DNA of 64,000 bases. It comes from an uncultured bacterium. Lineage in GTDB: Bacteria > Krumholzibacteriota > Krumholzibacteriia > Krumholzibacteriales > Krumholzibacteriaceae. The stretch covers positions 81,790 through 145,789 of the forward strand of contig CAWBAN010000003.1 in the NCBI GenBank assembly GCA_963786935.1. The letters run 5' to 3'. Both the position numbers and the translations under genes were made by a program. Under the pieces are notes generated by a model. It made no database searches. It was not told the origin of the DNA and saw nothing but the letters and a program-made list of their open reading frames with translations. This document shows, in pieces, positions 58,733 through 64,000 of the stretch. Positions within the stretch are counted from its first letter, which is position 1. Each line of letters opens with the position of its first letter.

Positions 58733-59290
58733 TCAGCCTCGAGACAAAAGCACCGCCCTGCTCCGCGCGATCTTCGGATAATCGACGATCTTGAAACCGG
58801 CCTTTTGTGCGGCGGCGATGGAGTCCGCGTAAGCGCACCCCGAGACGTGCATTTTCGGCTCCACGACGAGGAAGCAGGCGTCCGGGGCGAGGGTCGACCG
58901 CACGAGCGCAAAGAACGCCTCAGCGTCCGGCACCTCGTGCACCATGTAAAAGGCGAGCGCGAAGTCGACTTTCCCCGCGAGGTCCTTCGCCCAGTCGCCG
59001 TCGGATTTGACGAGGCGCGTCTCGATGCGGTGCAGAAGCCCCGCTTTCGCCGCGCGCTTCTCGATCTGAGCGAGCATCGGGAGCTGGACGTCCGCTGCGA
59101 TGACCCTGCCGTCGGCGCCGGCAAACCGCGCGAGATCGAGGGTGAAGGTCGCCATGCCGGGGCCGAGATCGAGCACGGTCATCCCCGGGCGCACGTGCGG
59201 CGCGATGATCTTCCGCGGATCGTGAACGAATCTCCTGAGGGGATTCGAGAGAAAATATCCGAACCACCAGGGACAGACGTGCGGCGACAT
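58733..59290 (-). CDS. Class I SAM-dependent methyltransferase
   Basis: HVCPWW N-terminus; VLDLGPGMA and HEVPD motifs. Confidence 0.88.
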   Translation of the reverse strand: MSPHVCPWWFGYFLSNPLRRFVHDPRKIIAPHVRPGMTVLDLGPGMATFTLDLARFAGADGRVIAADVQLPMLAQIEKRAAKAGLLHRIETRLVKSDGDWAKDLAGKVDFALAFYMVHEVPDAEAFFALVRSTLAPDACFLVVEPKMHVSGCAYADSIAAAQKAGFKIVDYPKIARSRAVLLSRG

Positions 59291-59468
59291 GGTTCCTCCT
59301 TCAAGGGGGCAGCGCCCCTCGGGGGCGTCAGGATAGGGGAGCATCGCCCTCGGGGCCGTCAGTATAGCCGATCAGCGGCAATTCGTATCAATTTTTTATT
59401 GCACTTCCCGGCAAGTTCGGCTAGCTTCGGATTAACGGTAAACTCGAACTCGAACCAGGAGGTCGAAC

Positions 59469-59615
59469 ATGAAGAAGGTAGTCCTCTGCAGCGGAAGCAA
59501 GTGCTGCCCCGAGGCCCTCATCGACGGCGATCTCGTGAAGATCACGGACGACGACGGCGGCACGGTCAAGTTGACCAAAGAGCAGGTCAAGATTCTCTGG
59601 GAAAACCTGAAGTAA
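59469..59615 (+). CDS. Small 48-aa Cys-containing protein absent from the ORF track
   Basis: MKKVVLCSGSKCCPEALIDGDLVKITDDDGGTVKLTKEQVKILWENLK; AGGAGG RBS; GC3-biased codons; TTGCAC-17-TAGCTT upstream. Confidence 0.75.
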   Translation: MKKVVLCSGSKCCPEALIDGDLVKITDDDGGTVKLTKEQVKILWENLK

Positions 59616-59618
59616 CCC

Positions 59619-60956
59619 ATGAGGGATGCGGGTTCGCATAGAGGCGCTCCGGAGCGATCCGGAGCGCCTTCTGGTTTTCGGGACACATCCGAAGAATGCG
59701 CGTTCGCGCTGGACGTCGATTGCCCGCTCGCCCCGTTTCGCTCGCGGTTCAGGATTCCCCCCGGCACCATCTACATGGACGGCAATTCCCTCGGCCTTCT
59801 CTCGCGGGACGCCGAGGAGTCGCTCGCCCGCGCCGTCGACGCGTGGAAGCTGCTCGGCATCCGCGGCTGGCTCGAGGCGGAGCCGCCGTGGTTCTATCTC
59901 GCGGAGCGGCTCGGCGCCCTCGCGGCGCCGCTCGTCGGGGCGTCCCCCGAAGAGGTGGTTGCGACGGGGACGACCACGCTCAACGTTCACTCCCTCGTCG
60001 GAACGCTGTACCGCCCCGCCGGAAGACGGACGAAGATCATCGCGAGCGCCCTCGAGTTTCCGACGGACATCTACGCGCTGCGCAGCTGGGTCTCCCTGCG
60101 CGGACTCGATCCCGCGGAGCATCTGGTGCTCCTCCCGCCGTCCGCGGACGGTCTCGTCGACGAGAGCGCGGTCATCGAGCGCATGACCGACGACGTCGCG
60201 CTCGCCCTCCTCTCGTCGGTGCTCTACCGGAGCGGCCAGCTCCTCGACATTGAGACGCTCGCGCGCGCCGCGCGGGAGCGGGGCGTGACGATCGGCTTCG
60301 ATTGCTCGCATTCCGTCGGGGCCGTGCCGCACCGCTTCGACGAATGGGGGATCGACTTCGCGCTCTGGTGCGGGTACAAGTATCTCAACGGTGGGCCGGG
60401 GGCGCCGGCGTTCCTGTACCTCAACCGCAGACACTTCGATCGCATGCCGGCGCTCGCCGGCTGGTTCGGCTGCGTCAAAGAGCGGCAGTTCGAAATGAGC
60501 GCCGGATTCGAGCACGCGCCAAGTGCGGGGGGCTGGCAGCTCTCGTCCCCCGGAATTCTCGCCTCCTCGGCGCTCCTCGGCGCTCTCGGGATCACGCTCG
60601 AGGCGGGAATCGATGCCATCCGCGCGGAATCGCTCCGCAAGACATCGTACTTCATATATCTTGTGGAAGAGCTCCTCGCCGGAGAGCCGTACCGCTTCCG
60701 CGTCGGCACGCCGCGCGAAGCGGCGCGCCGCGGCGGGCACGTGGCGGTCGAGCATTCGGAAGCGTGGAGAATGTGCGAGGCGCTCAAGAAGCGCGGCGTC
60801 GTGCCGGATTTCCGGCCGCCGAACGTCATACGGCTCGCGCCGATCGCGCTTTACAGCACCTACCACGAGATCTGGACCGTCGTGAGGCACCTGCGGGAGA
60901 TCGTCCAGCGGCGGGAGCACGAGTCGTTCGATCGCGCGCCGCGGGTCATTCCCTGA
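59619..60956 (+). CDS. kynU: Kynureninase
   Basis: YMDGNSLG, FPTD.Y, DCSHSVG and WCGYKYLNGGPG (PLP Lys) motifs. Confidence 0.93.
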   Translation: MRDAGSHRGAPERSGAPSGFRDTSEECAFALDVDCPLAPFRSRFRIPPGTIYMDGNSLGLLSRDAEESLARAVDAWKLLGIRGWLEAEPPWFYLAERLGALAAPLVGASPEEVVATGTTTLNVHSLVGTLYRPAGRRTKIIASALEFPTDIYALRSWVSLRGLDPAEHLVLLPPSADGLVDESAVIERMTDDVALALLSSVLYRSGQLLDIETLARAARERGVTIGFDCSHSVGAVPHRFDEWGIDFALWCGYKYLNGGPGAPAFLYLNRRHFDRMPALAGWFGCVKERQFEMSAGFEHAPSAGGWQLSSPGILASSALLGALGITLEAGIDAIRAESLRKTSYFIYLVEELLAGEPYRFRVGTPREAARRGGHVAVEHSEAWRMCEALKKRGVVPDFRPPNVIRLAPIALYSTYHEIWTVVRHLREIVQRREHESFDRAPRVIP

Positions 60957-61009
60957 TTCGCGTGGGCTTCTGCGGCGCATCCTTGCAGCGGGGCGCCGCT
61001 CGCAGTCCG

Positions 61010-62764
61010 CTACTCGAGGTTCAGCAGATACTCCTCCCAATCCCCCGGAAACTCGATCGTGTAGGCGATCCGGATCTCGATCTTCTGCTTCGGGGCGGGG
61101 GAGAGGTTCCACGTCAGGATGCCGTCCTCGCGCTCCTCGGCGGGCTTCGGCTCGAGGTCGACGTTCGTCACCTTGATCTCCTTGACCGCCGGGACCGGGA
61201 CGCGGTCCTGCAGCTTCACGCCCGCGGCGGCCTGCTTGAAGCTCTCGAGCGTGATCAGATAGCTGTACCGGATCTTCCGGACGGGGGCGCCTTCCTTCGT
61301 GATGTATTCCTTCTTCTCGAGCTTGTGCGTGACCTTGATGTCCTGATCGATCCCGAGGTGAACGGGGAACTCCTGACCGGCCGCCACCGTTTTGAGCATC
61401 TCCTTGCCGACGAAGCTCGAGGTCCTGCCCTGCGCGCCCGGGGCCGCGGATTCGATGTAGACGTCCGCGGGACCGGCGAGAAGAGGCGCTCCGAGCGAGT
61501 TCGTCGCGTCCCCCGTGACGTAGACGTTCTGCGAGAGGCGGGGCGCCGTGTACCGCGAGAGCTTCCCCGTGAGCGTGCCCTGGAGAACGAGCACGCGCCG
61601 CGGATCGCGGCCGCTCGGAAGATCGACCGCCTTCGGGATCGAGAAGCTCGCGGCGAACTCGGACAAGGCGAGCTCGGCCTCGGGAATCTCCGCCTTGTAC
61701 TCCTCCTCGGGGGGCGCCGGGGCGGGAAGCGCATCGGCGCTCGTTCGCGCAGTCCCGCTCTTCAAGGCGACGGCGCCCATGGCGCTCTCTTCCGCCATGG
61801 GCCGCATCCGCATTATTTGCTGCAGGTAGTGCGGTGCGATCTCGGGGGGTGCCGCGCCGATCTGCGGCCGCGCCGTGGAGAGCGTGACGGCGACGTTCTT
61901 CCAGTCTTCGCCGGTGAACTGCCTGATCCACGCGTTGTAGGCGAGATCGATCGACTCCTTCGCCGTGTCGTAGCGGACCTGGTATTCCGGGCCCCACTGC
62001 GCGCCGGCGACGTTGTAGGTGAGCGCGAGCTCGAGCGTTCCCGGGGAGGCTATCTCGCAATCGACGACGACGCGGCGGCTCCAGTCGCCCTTCGTCTGCA
62101 TTTCGTTGATCTGGCCCATGACCCAGTTGATCTCCTCGGTGATCTTCGCGATGCGTTTGCTGAGACCGTCGCCCTTTTCGCTCATTCTCATGCGCTCCGA
62201 ATGGATGAAATCGAGGACGCTCTTCCAGTCCTGCACGCGGAAGATCTCGGTCGCGAGCTTCGTGCTTCCCTTTTCGAAGGGGAACTTCGCGTAGTTGTCC
62301 AGAAACTCCGCGGAGCTCATGAGCGCCCCCTGCTCCATCTGGAGCGAGTCGCGCCGGGCCGTGAGCCTGTCGAGCTTTTCCTTGAGCTCTTTGTAGCGCG
62401 GGGAATCCGCCGCGAGCCCCTGCACCCGAACGACGTCGATCCCCATGATGCGCGCGCGGGCCGTGCCCGCGCCCTCGACCTGAAGGGAGGATTCGTCGAA
62501 CGTGCGCGGGAGGTCCGCGCAGACGAGCTTGTAGAGCCCCGCGGCGAGCTCGACCCGGCCGGTTCTCGTCACCTGCGCGCGGTCCGAATATACCGTGGCG
62601 GCCGCGATCCGCGTCGTGAGGGGAGTTTCTTTCGCATCGGACGCGCCGGCTGAGGCGACGCCGAGAAACGAAAGCGCGAGCGCGGCGAACGATAGGACGA
62701 TCGCGGCGCACCAAACGCCGATCGCGAGCGATCCGAATCGCGTCGGCCTGTCTCTGAAGCTCAT
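61010..62764 (-). CDS. DUF4139/DUF4140 (MuiA-like) exported protein
   Basis: TVYSDRAQVTR, coiled coil, QFTGEDW.NV..TLSTARP and LGIDQDI motifs. Confidence 0.88.
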   Translation of the reverse strand: MSFRDRPTRFGSLAIGVWCAAIVLSFAALALSFLGVASAGASDAKETPLTTRIAAATVYSDRAQVTRTGRVELAAGLYKLVCADLPRTFDESSLQVEGAGTARARIMGIDVVRVQGLAADSPRYKELKEKLDRLTARRDSLQMEQGALMSSAEFLDNYAKFPFEKGSTKLATEIFRVQDWKSVLDFIHSERMRMSEKGDGLSKRIAKITEEINWVMGQINEMQTKGDWSRRVVVDCEIASPGTLELALTYNVAGAQWGPEYQVRYDTAKESIDLAYNAWIRQFTGEDWKNVAVTLSTARPQIGAAPPEIAPHYLQQIMRMRPMAEESAMGAVALKSGTARTSADALPAPAPPEEEYKAEIPEAELALSEFAASFSIPKAVDLPSGRDPRRVLVLQGTLTGKLSRYTAPRLSQNVYVTGDATNSLGAPLLAGPADVYIESAAPGAQGRTSSFVGKEMLKTVAAGQEFPVHLGIDQDIKVTHKLEKKEYITKEGAPVRKIRYSYLITLESFKQAAAGVKLQDRVPVPAVKEIKVTNVDLEPKPAEEREDGILTWNLSPAPKQKIEIRIAYTIEFPGDWEEYLLNLE

Positions 62765-62788
62765 GACAACCTCCTTGGAATCGATCGA

Positions 62789-63886
62789 TCAAAAGACGAC
62801 GGCGACGGAGTCCCCCTGCACGCGCACGACATTCATCCGCGGGGCCCATTCCCGCTCCGCGTACGTGTAGTTGCCGCCGGGGCCGCTGAAATCGCCGATC
62901 TTCTTCATGGCGTTCGCGATGTTGATACGTTCCGCGCGCTTGATGTCGACCGCCTTCGCGACGATGCGCATCGCGTCGTACTCGAAGATGCCGGCCGGCG
63001 TCGGCGCCGCGTTGAATTTCTTCCGATACCGCTCGGCGAACTCGGGATTGCCCGAGAGCTCGAGGGCGGGGACGGCGTAGTAGCATCCGTCGCGCGACGG
63101 GCCGGCGAGCGCGGCGAACGCCGGATCCCCGAAATCGGGCGAGCCGACGATCGCTCCCTTGAATCCGGCCGCGCGGAGCCCGGCGAGAACGCCGGCCGCG
63201 GCCTTGCCGGCTCCGAAGACGTACACGGCGCCCGGATCCTGCGAGAGCGCCATGCTGACCGCCGATTTGATCGACGCGGCGTCGTCGATGAACGGCTCCG
63301 CGACGAGCAGCTTGATGCCGAGCGCCGGGAGCTCGTTCTTGAACGCCTTCGCGGCGTCGTTTCCGTCGTCGTCGTTGAAATAGAGCACGGAGGCCCGGTC
63401 GACCTTGAGCGGCGACGCGAGGAATCCCGCGGTCGTTCTGATATCGAGCATCGTGTTCGGGACGATCCTGAACGCGTTCAAATGCATCGTCGTGATGAGC
63501 GGATGCCTGCAGCCGGCGAAGACGGGGACGACCTCGATCTCCGCCTTCGGCGTGACGGCGAGGCAGGCGAATCGGGACACGACGAAGCAGACGAGGATCT
63601 TCTTGTCGAGGAGCTGGCTCTTGAAGGCCGCGACGGCCGCCCCCGGATCGTTCCCGTCGCCGTCGACGACGAGCTCGTACCGGACCGTCGGATTCGAGGC
63701 GTTGAGCTCCTCGATCGCGAGCTGGAGCCCGTGCAGGTGCTGGGCGCCGATATCGGCCCCCGCTCCGCCGAGCGGCAGTATCGCGCCGATCCTGATGATC
63801 TCCGGTTTATTGCCGCAGCCGGCCGGCAGCGCGAGGGCGCAGCAGGCGGCAACGACAGCGATGCGTCGAAGAAGCGACATGCTCAT
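62789..63886 (-). CDS. Type-1 periplasmic binding lipoprotein (LivK-like)
   Basis: Lipobox-like PAGC; IRIGAILPL.G, LAIEELN and YDA motifs. Confidence 0.85.
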   Translation of the reverse strand: MSMSLLRRIAVVAACCALALPAGCGNKPEIIRIGAILPLGGAGADIGAQHLHGLQLAIEELNASNPTVRYELVVDGDGNDPGAAVAAFKSQLLDKKILVCFVVSRFACLAVTPKAEIEVVPVFAGCRHPLITTMHLNAFRIVPNTMLDIRTTAGFLASPLKVDRASVLYFNDDDGNDAAKAFKNELPALGIKLLVAEPFIDDAASIKSAVSMALSQDPGAVYVFGAGKAAAGVLAGLRAAGFKGAIVGSPDFGDPAFAALAGPSRDGCYYAVPALELSGNPEFAERYRKKFNAAPTPAGIFEYDAMRIVAKAVDIKRAERINIANAMKKIGDFSGPGGNYTYAEREWAPRMNVVRVQGDSVAVVF

Positions 63887-64000
63887 CCCGCGACCTCCCG
63901 ATTGGAATTGCGCCCCTCATCCTATCAGATAAAAGCCGTTGAAAAGAACGCTTTTTCGATGCATATTAGCCCTGCCGAATTCATAAACCGCAAGGAGCCG

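Noticed and set aside
1-64000. rRNA, tRNA, prophage or defence systems
   Set aside because: None recognised by eye; intergenic gaps show no cloverleaf or CCA-ended tRNA pattern

Overview
GC-rich bacterial chromosomal window with about 58 densely packed genes. I found no rRNA, tRNA, CRISPR array, integrase or transposase. Exported proteins end either in an NPFNP/FlgD-Ig domain or in a short 'WGxIKSL(Y/F)' tail. This suggests an anaerobic, proteolytic, diderm FCB-related candidate phylum such as Krumholzibacteriota, Latescibacterota or Eisenbacteria (inference only). Modules in order: trehalose (otsA-otsB-DUF5752-treT); ECF sigma/anti-sigma; a secreted propeller protein; Smr; PPIase; Grx-FTR; malQ plus transporter; a KamA radical SAM + two Ddl-like ATP-grasp + GNAT operon; truD and a lipid/GT-C glycosylation trio; an ars-type operon; a GEVED protein plus a 2.4-kaa subtilase behind a long structured leader; a Fur/PerR metal and oxidative-stress operon that includes a 2-oxoacid oxidoreductase; several exported peptidases; an FG-GAP sensor kinase / sigma54 activator / stand-alone receiver circuit with a readable sigma54 promoter; an unannotated 48-aa ORF before kynU; DUF4139; and a periplasmic binding lipoprotein. 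The best candidates for undescribed biology are the KamA-ATP-grasp-GNAT pathway, the WGxIKSL C-terminal tag (three proteins, two of them 8-Cys paralogues) and the FG-GAP kinase/sigma54 circuit. Two genes are split by one missing base in a G/C 6-mer run, probably sequencing error. All family calls come from motif recognition by eye; no database search was run.
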